Source: Hemiscyllium ocellatum
Lineage: Eukaryota
DNA: 64,000 bases
Assembly: GCF_020745735.1 (NCBI RefSeq)
Contig: NC_083435.1
Coordinates: 35,260,121-35,324,120 of the forward strand
Direction of reading: 5' to 3'
In this document: one piece after another, positions 1-12,098 of the stretch
Numbering within the stretch: position 1 is the stretch's first letter
Layout: the number at the start of each line of letters is the position of its first letter
Position numbers and translations under genes: made by a program
The notes under the pieces: generated by a model
The model's database searches: none
Told to the model about the DNA's origin: nothing
Seen by the model: the letters and a program-made list of their open reading frames with translations, nothing else

Positions 1-959
1 ATATAGAACATGTCCACTGTTCTTCCCTCATCAATCCTCTTCATTACTTCTTCAAAAAAACTCAGTCAAGTTAGGGAGACATGGTTTTCCATCACAAAGC
101 CATGTTGACTAACTCTGATCGGTCCTTGCCTTTCCAAGTACATTTAAATCCTGTCCCTCAGGATTTTCGCCCAAGAAAACTTGCACACCACCAATGTCAG
201 GTTCACTCCTATATAGTTCCTTGGCTTTTCCTTACCACCTTCCTTAAATAGTGTCACACATTAGCCGACCTCCAGTCTTCCGTCACCTCACCTGCAGCTG
301 TCAATGACACAGATAGCTCAGCAAATATCTCTCCTTGTCCTGTGAGTCATTTAATTCTTCGCTACCATTTAAGACCGTTCCACAACTGGATGTAACAGGA
401 CTGTAGAGTTTCAATCTGATCTGTTGATTGTGGAATTGTGGTTGACATGGCCTGTGAAACCTCCCACTCACATTTTGTGTCAGCGAGACTGTGACCTTTC
501 CATGACTGCGAACCTAACAAGGGTTTGTGTTACACAATTTCTTCATATTAGACCTGCTACATTTAGAATGGAAAGTTGTTAACAGAGTAAAACCATTAAA
601 AAAAATGCAAATTAAATCTATTGACTAAAAAATTGCCTCCCTCCAAAATTGTTGCCAACAATTCTGAGAGTCCAAACCATAACAGAAAGTGGAGACAGGT
701 ATTAAATGGACAAACACAGCAGGAGAGAAAATCAATTGATGTATGGAACACGATTATCAGCATGTTTTTTTCCCAATTGAGTCGTGAGAAGAATGCGAAT
801 GTCAAAGAACTGAAAGAGGAAGTCCAAGAGAAAGGGTAAAAACCACACTGGGAACCACACAGCAAACTGTCATCTGGTTTTAAATCAGATGGGGCAGTTG
901 ACTTGTCTAACTTCTCCAGAAACCTATTCTTGATGTCAGCGTGTGCGAGGGGGCCTAAC

Positions 960-1212
960 TACAAATTGAGGGGTGATAGATTTAAGACAGATGTCAGAGG
1001 CAGGTTCTTTACGCAGAGAGTGGTAAGGGCGTGGAATGCACTACCTGCTAATGTAGTTAACATTTGGGAGATTTAAACAGTCCTTTATATAAGCACATGG
1101 ATGATTTTGGGATAGTGTAGGGGGACGAGTTGAGAATAGTTCACAGGTCGGCGCAACATCGAGGACCGAAGGGCTTGAATTGCGCTGTGTTGTTCTATGT
1201 TCTATGTTCTAA
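960..1212 (+). mobile_element. CR1 3' end with (GTTCTAT)n tail
   Basis: TTCTTTACGCAGAGAGTGGT...TGGAATGCACT followed by GTTCTATGTTCTATGTTCT. Confidence 0.85.
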
Positions 1213-1265
1213 ATAGACACATTCTCCCATTGGAAATTGTGGCCTTTTCTCTGTACTGACCATGA

Positions 1266-1609
1266 AGATTTGATTCCCTACAGTGTGGAAACAGGCCCTT
1301 TGGTCCAACATGTCCACACAGACCCTCTGAAGAGTATCCCACCCAGACCCATTCCCCTACCCTATTATTCTACATTCCCCTACCCTATTATTCTACATTT
1401 CCCCTGACTAATGCACCTAACCTGCACATCCAAGAACACCATTTGTTTGGCCAATTCACCTAACCTGCACATCTTTGGACTGTGGGAGGAAACTGGAGCA
1501 CCCAGAGGAAACCCAAGCAGACATGGGGAGAATGTGCAAACTCCACACAGACAGTTGCCCAAGGCTGGAATAGAACCTGGTCCCTGGTGCTGTGAGCTAC
1601 CATGCTGCC
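1266..1609 (-). mobile_element. HE1/V-type SINE
   Basis: Reverse complement of the consensus. Further copies or fragments lie at about 4899-5180(-), 7515-7855(-), 8668-8840(+), 20745-20850(+), 22455-22752(-), 36110-36425(-), 42295-42540(-), 43668-43848(+) and 55070-55360(-). Confidence 0.85.
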
Positions 1610-1689
1610 CATATGCTCTGTCACATATAGACAATCCACAGCTCAGAAATAATATTTCTATGAACACCCTGTGTCGTCATCAGCTTGGA

Positions 1690-3610
1690 CTATTACTTTT
1701 TAATGATATGGACACAAGCAATCTCCCTGATGTAATCGTGGCTGAAGGGACCTAGGGTAATGGATGAACTGAAGGGAATTTATATTAGGCAGGAAATGGT
1801 AGTGGATAGACTGTTAGGTCTGGAAGTTGATAAGTCCCTGGAACCTGATGGTCTGCATCCCAGGGTACTTAAGAAGTGGGTCTAGAAATCGTGGATGCAT
1901 TGGTAATCATTTTCCAATGTTCGATAGATTCAGGATCAGTTCCTGCAGATTGGAGGGTGGCTAATGTTGTCCCACTTTTCAAGAAAGGAGGGAGAGAGGA
2001 AACAGGGAATTATAGACTTATTAGCCTGATGTCATTGGTGTGAAAGATGCTGGAGTCAATTATAAAAGATGAAATTACGACTCATTTGGATAACAGTGGC
2101 AGGATAGGTCAGAGACAGCATGGATTTACGAAGGGGAAATCATGCTTGATGAATCTTCTGGAATCTTTTTGAGGATGCAACCATGAAGATGGACAAGGGA
2201 GAGCCAGTGGATGTAGTGTACCTGGACTTTCAGAAAGCCTTTGATAAAGTCCCACATAGAAGATTAATGAGCAAAATTAAGGCACATGGTATTGGGAGCA
2301 AAATACTGACTTGGATTGAAAATTGGCTGGCTGACAGGAAGCGAAGAGTAATGATAAAAGGGTCCCTTTCAGAATGGCAGGCGGTGACCAGTGGGGTACC
2401 ACAAGGTTTGGTGCTGAGACCGCAACTGTTTACGATATACATTAATGATATAAATGAAGGCATTAAACGTAATATTAGCAAATTTGCTGATGACACAAAA
2501 CTGAGTGGCAGGGTAAAATGTGAGGAGGATGTTAGGAGAATACAGGGCGACTTGGACAGGCTCAGTAAGCGGGTGGATGCATGGCAGATGCAGTTTAATG
2601 TGGATAAATGTGTGGATATCCACTTTGGTGCCAAGAACAGGAAGGCAGATTACTATCTAAATGGAGTCAAGTTAGGTAAAGGGGAAGTACAACGAGATCT
2701 GGGAGTTCTTGTACATTGGTCAATGAAATCAAGCATGCAGGTACAGCAGGCAGTGAAGCAAGCTAATGGTATGTTAGCCTTCATAACAAGAGGAATTGAG
2801 TATAAGGAGCAACAAGGTCCTTCTACAGCTGTACAGGGCCCTAGTGAGACTACACCTGGAATATTGTGTGCAATTTTGGTCTCCAAATTTGAGGAAGGAC
2901 ATCCTGGCTATTGAGGGAGCACAGCATAGGTTCACGAGGTCAATTCCCAGAATGATGGGACTATTATACATTGAAAGATTGGAGCGACTCGGCTTGTATA
3001 CACTTAGGAATGAGAGGGGATCTGATTGAGACGTATAAGATTATTAAAGGATTGGACACTCTGGAGGCAGGAAGCCTGTTTCTGCTGATGGGTGAGTCCA
3101 GAACCAGAGGACACAGCTTAAAAATAAGGGGAAGGCCACTTCAGACGGAGTTGAGCAGAAACTTCTTCATCCAGAGAGTGGTGGATCGATGGCATGCTCT
3201 GCCCAGAAGGCAGTGGAGGTCAAGTCTCTGGATATTTTCAAGAAAAAGATGGATAGAGCTTTCAAAGATAGTGGAATCAGGGTTATGGGGAGAAGGCAGG
3301 AACAGGATACTGATTATGGATGAGGTAAAAACAATGACTGCAGATACTGGAAACCAGATTGTGGATTAGTGGTGCTGGAAGAGCACAGCAGTTCAGGCAG
3401 CACCCAAGGAGCAGCGAAATCAACTTTTCGGGCAAAAGCCCTTCATCAGGAAAAATGTCGATTTCGCTGCTCCTTGGATGCTGCCTGAACTGCTGTGCTC
3501 TTCCAGCACCACTAATCCAGATACTGATTATTGATAATCAGCTATGATCATAATGAATGGTTGGTGCTGGCTCAAAGGGCCAGATGGCCTATTCATGCAT
3601 CTATTGTCTA
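1690..3610 (+). mobile_element. CR1-clade LINE, 3' part, degenerate RT
   Basis: YLDFQKAFDKVPH, GVPQG, KFADDTK, RDLGV motifs in ORF 2183-2914; stops and frameshifts. Confidence 0.93.
3322..3519. mobile_element. Fold-back (inverted) Penelope terminal-repeat insertion in a CR1 3' end
   Basis: Inverted arms around a decayed hammerhead core; flanked by the imperfect duplication ATACTGATTAT(G/T)GAT. Confidence 0.75.
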
Positions 3611-3665
3611 TTCCTCATAGATATAATTGCAAAAATTGGAGGAGCAACATTTCATCTTCAAACTA

Positions 3666-3790
3666 AGTTAAAAATCACACAACACCAGGTTATAGTCCAA
3701 CAGGTTGAATTGGAAGCACACTAATTAAACCAATTAAACCTGTTGAACTATAACCTGGTGTTGTGTGATTTTTAACTTTGTACACCCCAG
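3666..3790. repeat. Imperfect inverted repeat, probably a fold-back terminus of another element family
   Basis: AGTTAAAAATCACACAACACCAGGTTATAGT...ACTATAACCTGGTGTTGTGTGATTTTTAACT. Confidence 0.7.
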
Positions 3791-3899
3791 TCCGACACCG
3801 GCATCTCCAAATCACATCTTCAAACTAGGTACTTTACAACATTCTAGACTCAGTATTGAGTTCAATGTCTTTAAATTGTGAACTCATTCCTGTCCTTTC

Positions 3900-4240
3900 T
3901 TTGAGTGTCGCTTATTACATTCTCTATGAACCTCTCTCCCCTCCCCCAACTCCAGTGGGATTGTCAGTCTTTTCCAGTCTGGTAGTTAGACAAACCATTG
4001 CCTTTCTCACATTCTGATCACTTAATCTGAACTATCAACATCCTTCCTCTCTCAGCATTCCATACCCATCACTATTGTGCATATGTGCCTCCTCCACACT
4101 CCATTTCAGCTCTGATGAAGAGTCATCTAGACTTGAAATGTTAGCTTGCTCACTCTCTCTCTCCATGGATGCTGCCTGACCCGCTGTGATTTCCAGCATT
4201 TTTTTTGTATTCAGTATAGATTCCAGCATCTGCAGTAATT
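3900..4240 (+). mobile_element. 3' end of a second Penelope-like family with a decayed hammerhead motif (about 4104-4148)
   Basis: AGCT-CTGATGA-A-GAGTC(ATCTA)GACTT-GAAAT-GTT-AGCT followed by the GGATGCTGCCTGACC tail also seen in the other terminal repeats. Confidence 0.65.
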
Positions 4241-5509
4241 TGCTTTAGATTCACTCTCTGTCTGGTATGACAATAGTTTCCATTTTCTGTTTTTTTTAAT
4301 CAGACTGTTGTTTTTGTTTGGGTAATGGAGATTACAGCTTTGCACTATGATGCTGTAAGAGACAATCTGTGTAAATTTCACCAGAACTTTCTTCTTCTGG
4401 AAGATACAATGTTTACAATTTCCACAGCTTCATTACCATGGGTTATAATTAAACACATGCAACTCTCAAGGTTTAAAGACATTGCTTGATAACGCTATTG
4501 GTGAGCATTTCCATCACTTTACTAATAATCAAGATGAGACTGACTGAGCAGCAATTGGCCGGGTTGGATTTGCCCTGCTTCTTGTCTGAAGGATATACTT
4601 GAGCAATTTTCCACATTGCCGTGTAGATGCCAGTGTTCAGCTGCATGGGAACAGCTTGGCCAGGAGTGAGGCAAGTTCGGTTGGAGCACATTTGCCAGAA
4701 TATTATCAGAGACTATCCGACAATTTGCAGTATCCAGTGGCATCCAGGTGTATTTTAATATCACATGGAGTGTGTCAAATTGGCTGAAGATTGTGAAGCT
4801 GGTGTGTCTGAGATGGATCATCTACTGTGCATTTTTACCAATGCTTCAGGCTAATCTTTTGCAGTGATGTTCTGAGCTCCCCCTTCATTAAGAATGGAAG
4901 TAGATTAGATTAGCCAGCAAGCCAACACCGACCCTCCGAAAAGCAACCCACCCAGACCCATTCCCCAACATTTACCCCTTCACCTAACACTACGGGCAAT
5001 TTAGCATGGCCAATTCACCTAACCTGCACATTTTTGGACTGTGTGAGGAATCCAGAGCACCCAGAGGAAACCCACGCAGACCTGGGGAGAATGTGCAAAC
5101 TCCACACCAACAGTTGCCTGAGGCGGGAATTGAACCTGGGTCTCTGGCACTGTGAAGCAGCAGTGCTAACCACCGTGCCACTGTACTGTCCAGTGTTTGT
5201 GGAGCCTCTTGCTCCAGTGAGGTTTTTAATTGTCCACCACCATTCACGACTGGACATGGCAGGACGACAGAGCTTTGATCTGATCCATTGCTTGTGGGAT
5301 CGCTTGCAGCGGAGGTAAGAATCAGTATGGCCTGTAGACCATTCAACCCACAGTGTTTCATTCTGTGTCAGTGATAATGTGACTTTTCCACAACCCCAAA
5401 TCTAATAAGTATTCACAGAACATAATTTCTTTCAGTTGAACCTCTTATATTGTTGAGAGTAAAACTGTAAATGACTGTATCAATATACTGATTAAAAACT
5501 ATGGTACTG

Positions 5510-6825
5510 GGGAATCAGCCTGGCCAGGCGTTAGATTTGGAGGTAGGTGAGCATTTTGATGATAGTGACCACAATTCAGTTATGTTTACTTTTGCAAAGG
5601 AAAGGGATACATATACACTGCAAGGCAAGAGTTATGGTGGGGGAAAGGCAATTATGATGTGATTAGGCAAGATGTAGGATGCATAGGATGGGAAAGGAAA
5701 CTGCAGAGGATGGGCATAATTGAAATGTGGAGCTTATTCAAGCAACTGCTACTGTGTGTCCTTGATAAGTATATACCTGTCAGGCAGGGAGGAAGTGGTC
5801 GAGCGAGGGAGCCGTGGTTGACCAAATAAATTGAAGGTCTTGTCCTCTACTTTTTGTCATTTACATAAATGATTTGGATGCGAGCATAAGAGGTACAGTT
5901 AGTAAGTTTGCGGATGACACCAAAATTGGAGGTGTAGTGGACAGCGAAGAGGGTTACCTCAGATTACAACAGGATCTGGACCAGATGGGCCAATGGGCTG
6001 GGAAGTGGTAAATGGAGTTTAATTCAGATAAATGCAAGGTGCTGCATTTTGGGAAAGCAGGTCTTAGTAGGACTTATACACTTAAGGTCCTAGGGAGTGT
6101 TGCTGAACAAAGAGACCTTGCAGTGCAGGTTCATAGCTCCTTGAAAGTGGAGTCGCAGGTAGATAGGATAGTGAAGAAGGCATTTGGTATGCTTTCCTTT
6201 ATTGGTCAGAGTATTGAGTACAGGAGTTGGGAGGTCGTGTTGCGGCTGTACAGCACATTGTTTAGGCCACTGTTGGAATATTGCATGTAATTCTGGTCTC
6301 CTTCCTATTGGAAAGATGTTGTGAAACTTGAAAGGGTTCAGAAAAGATTTACAAGAATGTTGCCAGGGTTGGAGGATCTGAGCTACAGGGAGAGGCTGAA
6401 CAGGCTGGCACTGTTTTCTCTGGAGCGTCGAAGACTGAGGGGTGACCTTATAGAGATTTACAAAATTATGAGGAGCATGGATAGGATAAATGGGCAAAAG
6501 TTTTTTCCATGGGGTCAGGGAGTCCAGAACTAGAGGGCATAGGTTTAGAGTGAAAGGGGAAAGATATAAAACAGACCTAAGGGGCAATGTTTTCATGCAG
6601 AGGGTGGTACGTGTATGGAATGAGCCGCCAGAGGATGTAGTGGAGGCTGGTACACTTGCAACATTTAAGAGGCATTTGGATGGGTATATGAATAGGAAGG
6701 GTTTGGAGGGATATGGGCTGGGTGCTGGCAGGTGGGACTAGATTGGGTTGGGATACCTGGTCGGCATGGATGGGTTGGACCGAAGGGTCTGTTTCCATGC
6801 TGTACATCTCTCTGACTCTATGACA
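5510..6825 (+). mobile_element. CR1-clade LINE fragment with an internal deletion near 5840
   Basis: Endonuclease-end sequence (GEHF-DSDHNS-like) is joined directly to the KFADDTK region; CR1-type 3' UTR present. Confidence 0.88.
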
Positions 6826-8316
6826 TTGGCTAAGTTTCTAGATTGGCTAGTTTCCAGTGACAATAAGATTAGGCCATTGCTTCCTCGTCCTCCTTAATTG
6901 CCATTGAACTCCCTCCAGATTCTTCATGTTGTAAAAGAAAGCCTTTGGTGTCACATTTCCTGCAAAAGTTCACCCATTTGTGAGGGGAGACGGGATACTG
7001 GATACTGAGGATTTCCCCAACCTGCGATCATGATGGCCTACTGTCAAACAAATTGTACTAAAATATGAATTACAATTACTAATTTCTCTGGAGTGAGCTT
7101 ATTGTTCTTTGGAAATAACTGGTGTAATCAAATAGATCTCTGAACACAGAGAGAATTCTGTGAGAAGGCCACCAATGCCATTCCCAGTGGCGGGAACAAT
7201 GTGCTGCAGTTTCCAAGGAAGTTTGGGGCATTGGAATTTGATTCTCATTAGTCAGCGTTAAGGTGCATAATGAGGATATTTCTTTTTTATTATCAGCCTG
7301 GTTTATTACACACCAACCCATGAACAAGCAGCTTCCTCTCTGCCTTGCTACACGCTGTCCTCTTGCAATTTACCCGCTCAGACAGAGTTTCCAGGATCAA
7401 AATGCTTCTATCCTGACTTGCAATTTAGAGCTCATGGACAATGTCCTGGGTGTCAGCAGTGCCCAGTCAACTCCAGGGAAATAGCCTGCCATCAGGGCTT
7501 TCCAGTACAGTATCATAGAATCATGCGAAGCAGGCCATTCAGCCCACCATGTCCACAGATATTCTCTGAAGAGGTACACCCCACTCAAACTCATTCCCCT
7601 AACCTATCCCTGAAACTCTGCATTTCCTACGGCTAAAGCATCTCCCCTGCATGTCCCTGGACACAATAAGCAGTTTAGTATGGTCAATCCACCTTACCTA
7701 CACATCTTTGGACTGTGACAGGAAATCAGAACACCCAGCAGAAATCCAGACACAGGGACAATAAGCAAACTCCACACAAACAGTTGCCTGAAGGTGGAAT
7801 CGAACCCATGTCCCTGGTGCTGTGAGGCAGCAGTGCTAATGACTGAGCCACCATTCAACCCAAGCAGTATATCAGGGGCAACTTCCAATCCCCATCCAGG
7901 GACATTACCTGTCCTGAGCAATCGGCTGACTGAGGTTGAGTCAGTATAAGGGGTGAGGAGCTAAATGTCATCAGACCACTATCTGGTCTTGCCTCTTCCT
8001 GCTCCAGTGCGGGCTGTTTGCTCAGGGAATGAGAGAGAAATGAAAGTAGGCAGCACAGCTGATAGTTCTGGTTGAGGTGATGGTCAAAAGCAATGAGTTG
8101 TCCCAAGTCAGTGAGCTGGCAATTCGGAGGTCATACAGGGTTAGTGTTGTAGGGGTGCTGAGGTTACGGAGAGCAAATGAGGGAAGAAGTTCCATACAAT
8201 AATGAGGGTGATCAAGTATGAGCTTTGGTGGATGATTGAGATGGCAGTGGTAGAAATACAGTGAGTATGAGTAGCAGAGAGAAGATGGTAGCATTTATCC
8301 TGGAGGGGCAGAAAAT

Positions 8317-8486
8317 GTCATGGACTTCTTCCCTACTTTGGGCATTCCTCCAGGCAGCAGAGACTGCTATAATACAGGTGGCATCCTCAGCTAGTCCCAG
8401 GGGGAAAAGAAGATGGTCTTTTTTTATGATGCCTTGTCCACCAGAATCTTCAGGTTCCTGTCAGGGAAGCAGGGCACCAAATTGCC
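8317..8486 (-). pseudogene. Decayed Myb/SANT-like ORF of PIF/Harbinger type
   Basis: GNLVPCFPDRNLKILVDK...; the DNA aligns by eye with 12996-13045. Confidence 0.55.
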
Positions 8487-9857
8487 CTTACCTGGGCAAA
8501 TAGCATGAACAATGCCAGGTAGCTCCAAAATGACAAGACACACAATGATTTTTTAAAAGTTGGCACCGAGTATGCCAGTCCACTTGGGAAATCCTGGCAA
8601 TGTCGAGTTCTTCTATCTATGCCCATTGGTAGAATTTGGCTAGTATCTGACCTGATGGTCTGATTTCCACCCACAGTCCAAAGATGTGCAGGTTAGGGTG
8701 GATTGGCCATGCTAAATTGCTCATCGCGTACAGGGATGTGCAGGTAAAGTGGGTAATGCAGGGTTAAGGGAATAAGGTTGGTTTGGAGGGTCAGTGTGGA
8801 CTCAATGGGCTGAAGGGCTGCTTCTGCACAATAGGGATTTTTATGCGATGAGGGGTGCCATAATAGTGATAATTTGAATTGGTAAGATAGAGTAAGAAAA
8901 CTCATGGCTCCATGGAGAATTTGACCAGCATGAAATTTGACTGAATTGACACTTAAATGGAATAGTGTAGGTTAGATGGGCATCAAATTCATTCCACACA
9001 CACTCCATTTAGACAAAATATCAAAAAAAATCCCTAATCTTAAAACCTAAATTATCCCAGTGATGTAAGTTGAAGAACAGTGTATGCTCCTGTTTAAATT
9101 TATTTTCCATCAGCCAGGTTCATAACACATTAATGAGACAATGTATTTATGACACATATTGTAATTAAACATACAATTAGGCCATGTGTACCAAAGGAGT
9201 GGAACAATTGTACAGTATATGGTATACAATTGCTAACAACACAACCTTACAAGTTTCAGTGTCCATGTTGAAGATACTTTGAGAGGTACTTCAAGGTTTT
9301 TACATTTTCTTCATATTACTTCCACATATTAAAGTAGAAAACTTTTCATTTTTCACTGCAATTCTATTTTAAATGGATGTTAAAATGAATTTTGTGTCCA
9401 ATATCCCTCAACAATAATGTTTTAAAGAGTTGATTTTCTGCAGATTGGTTTGATTCCTTTCTCCACTCTCCCATTAGCATTTTATTGCCTGTACCTACTT
9501 CACTGAGAGAAAATTCTAATCACTAACTTGTACAATTCCAAATCACATTCTCCTCTTCTGAAGCTGAAAGTTGTTCAGAGGTGTTTCTCTCTGCTGAACA
9601 AACTTGCAAACAAGCAATTAAAACTCTTCAAAATACACAGAAATCTATTCACTAAACCTTTCTTCATTAAAAATATCAATATTAATCCAGTAACTCTATT
9701 GTCGCTGAATCAAAATTGATTTCATGTCCTCACTTAACAGTCAAAGCTTGAAAATTACTATCACAAGAATATTACAAGAAATGAATAACAGTAAAATGCT
9801 GGCAGACATCAGGACTGTTTGACAAACCCTCTCCTGAAAATGATTTACACAGATGGT

Positions 9858-10300
9858 ATTTCGACGTTTCGGGCCAGAGCCCTTCATCAGGAATGAGGAG
9901 AGGGTGCCAGGCAGGCTGAGATAAAAGGTAGGGAGGAGGGACTTGGGGGAGGGGGGATGGAGATGTGATAGGTGGAAGGAGGTCAAGGTGAGGGTGATAG
10001 GCCGGAGTGGGGTGAGGGCGGAGAGGTCAGGAAGAGGATTGCAGGTTAGGAGGGCGGTGCTGAGTTCAAGGGAATCGACTGAGACAAGGTGGGGGGAGGG
10101 GAAATGAGGAAACTGGAGAAACCTGAGTTCATCCCTTGTGGTTGGAGGGTTCCCAGGCGGAAGATGAGGCGCTCTTCCTCCAACCGTCATGTTGTTATGT
10201 TCTGGCGATGGAGGAGTCCAAGGACCTGCATGTCTTCGGTGGAGTGAGAGGGAGAGTTAAAGTGTTGAGCCACGGAGTGGTTGGGTTGGTTGGTCCAGAT
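9858..10300 (-). mobile_element. 3' fragment of a Neptune-type Penelope-like element
   Basis: Reverse complement resembles 53440-53870 (end of GIY-YIG region plus terminal repeat). Confidence 0.85.
9860..9894 (-). ncRNA. Minimal hammerhead ribozyme motif in a Neptune-type terminal repeat
   Basis: Reverse complement ATTC-CTGATGA-A-GGGC(TCTG)GCCC-GAAAC-GTC-GAA. Confidence 0.65.
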
Positions 10301-11259
10301 GGCATTTCCACCTGTTATCAGTTTGTTATTCTCATTGAACAGAACATACTTGCGGCACGCTGGGAGTTCTAGGTTCCTGCTGTATTTGTAGGATCATAGG
10401 AGTTGCAGCAAAAGGATTAAGATTTAGATTTTCCAAGAAATTTGCAATCTCACACAGAACGCACTCCATCCCATCTATTTTCTTAATGAAAGAAGGAAGC
10501 TCTGGATTTCCAACAGGTGATTCTGCTGAGGCCTTTGTCAGAAATGCAGAACCTTGCTTCGTTTCCAATGTTAGTTCATAGGGGCACAACTGTCAGAGGA
10601 AGGCATAGCAGTCAGCTACTGCAAGTATGATGTTAGGGTGTTGGAAGGATACAGAGCCAGATGAGTAGGAGGGATAGGCTGTCAGGTAAGCCAGGTGCCA
10701 AGTGGATAGGATGCTATTTAACTGGGATAGCAGCTAGGGATGGTGTAAAGGGCCGGGGCAGAATGCCAGATGAATAGGAACTACAGAGCTTGGCTGGTAG
10801 GGTGTCAGGTTAGTAGGGGACTAGTTTTGCATAGAGCAAGCTGGCAGGAGTAGGATATCAGATCAGTCGTGGGTAGGGTTGACAGGTGGTTAGGAAGCAA
10901 GGGTGCAAGGTAAGGGATGCAGTCTTAAGGGTAGCTCAGGATGAGGGGGAAATCAGGTTTGGAAGGGGCTGGGCAGGGTTGGTGCCAGATTTGTGGAGTT
11001 CAGGTCCAGGGCAGTGAGGGAAGGTGAGAAAAGTCTGAGGGTGCTGGAGGGGAGGGTCTGGCAGGGGGAGGGGTGACAATGTCAGGTCTGGTGAAGGGCA
11101 AATTCTAGCAGGGAGGGGATTGAGGATGTTGAGTCTGGGGTTGTAAGAGGTCTGAGAGAATGTGCAGTTGCAGTACCTTAGTGAAAATTGAGCTCTCTTT
11201 CATAGTTACTCAGGAGTTATACTACATATCTAATAGCCTAACATTTCCTGTGTTCTTGC

Positions 11260-11265
11260 TTTATT
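11260..11265 (-). terminator. Candidate polyadenylation signal of the TRIM gene
   Basis: AATAAA on the minus strand about 230 nt after the stop; another at 9481-9486. Motif only. Confidence 0.35.
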
Positions 11266-11492
11266 TAATTTCATCAGATCAACTGAAAGCCAAATGCAGA
11301 CTTCTGGAGGATTCCATGTCATAGAGGAATTGCGAAACAAAAAATTTACAAGGCAATTTTCAGAGAATGCTATGATGGAAATTGTGTGGTCTGACATACC
11401 CCATCTTCACTGTAATAACGATTGTCTGATGCAGTGGAAAATCCGGGCCTCCATTTCTGTTCTATTCTCATGAATCTCTATAGCTTAATGTT

Positions 11493-12007
11493 TCATACTA
11501 GTAAGTGGTTCAACCTAAGAGGCTCATTGTTTTCAACATCATCATTGCAAACAAGAGCAAAACATGGAAAGAGTTTTTCAGTGAATATGTCAGTGTAAGT
11601 GAAGAGATGAGACATATCATCAGCATTGTAAAATGACACCTGTCCTCCCTCATAGTCCAGGTAAATACCAATGATCCTGGGTTTCACATCCAATTTCAGA
11701 GTCTCATCAGCATAATATTCATCTCCATCTCTCAATAACAGAGTCCAATAGCCATGTTCGGGGAAAATATCCACCATTTCCTCTTCAGCGGCTGACTCAG
11801 TGGCTACACCAATAAGCCAGTCAGAGATGTCTCCCACTGCCACCTCCCAGTAGTGTATCCCAAATGTAAATCCTTCTGATCCCAGGACAGAAAGATATTC
11901 CGACTCATGAACAACCTTCATGTCATCGAGTTCTACGCTAGTTTGGTCATCAGACACGGTCAGCTGAGAATGTGCTGTGTCTGGATCAAAAAGCAGTGGT
12001 GCTGGAA
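11493..12007 (-). CDS. TRIM coding exon 6 (PRY-SPRY/B30.2 domain, stop)
   Basis: FDPDTAH, VLGSEGF, HYWEV, W.IGV, GYW, IGIYLDYEGGQVSFYNA motifs. Two in-frame phase-1 acceptors (exon starts 12007 or 12001). Total CDS 1593 bp = 530 aa with the longer acceptor. Confidence 0.97.
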
Positions 12008-12056
12008 CTTGGAGGAAATAAAGTAACACAAGTTAAAAGCTATACATGTGTAAGTC

Positions 12057-12058
<2 letters not shown>

Positions 12059-12094
<36 letters not shown>
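12059..12094. repeat. (CA)18 microsatellite
   Basis: Read directly; about 50 nt upstream of the PRY-SPRY exon acceptor. Confidence 0.98.

Positions 12095-12098
<4 letters not shown>

Noticed and set aside
621-839. 72-aa ORF as a host exon
   Set aside because: No convincing splice context or domain; it resembles a decayed CR1 inter-domain region and lies next to a CR1 tail.
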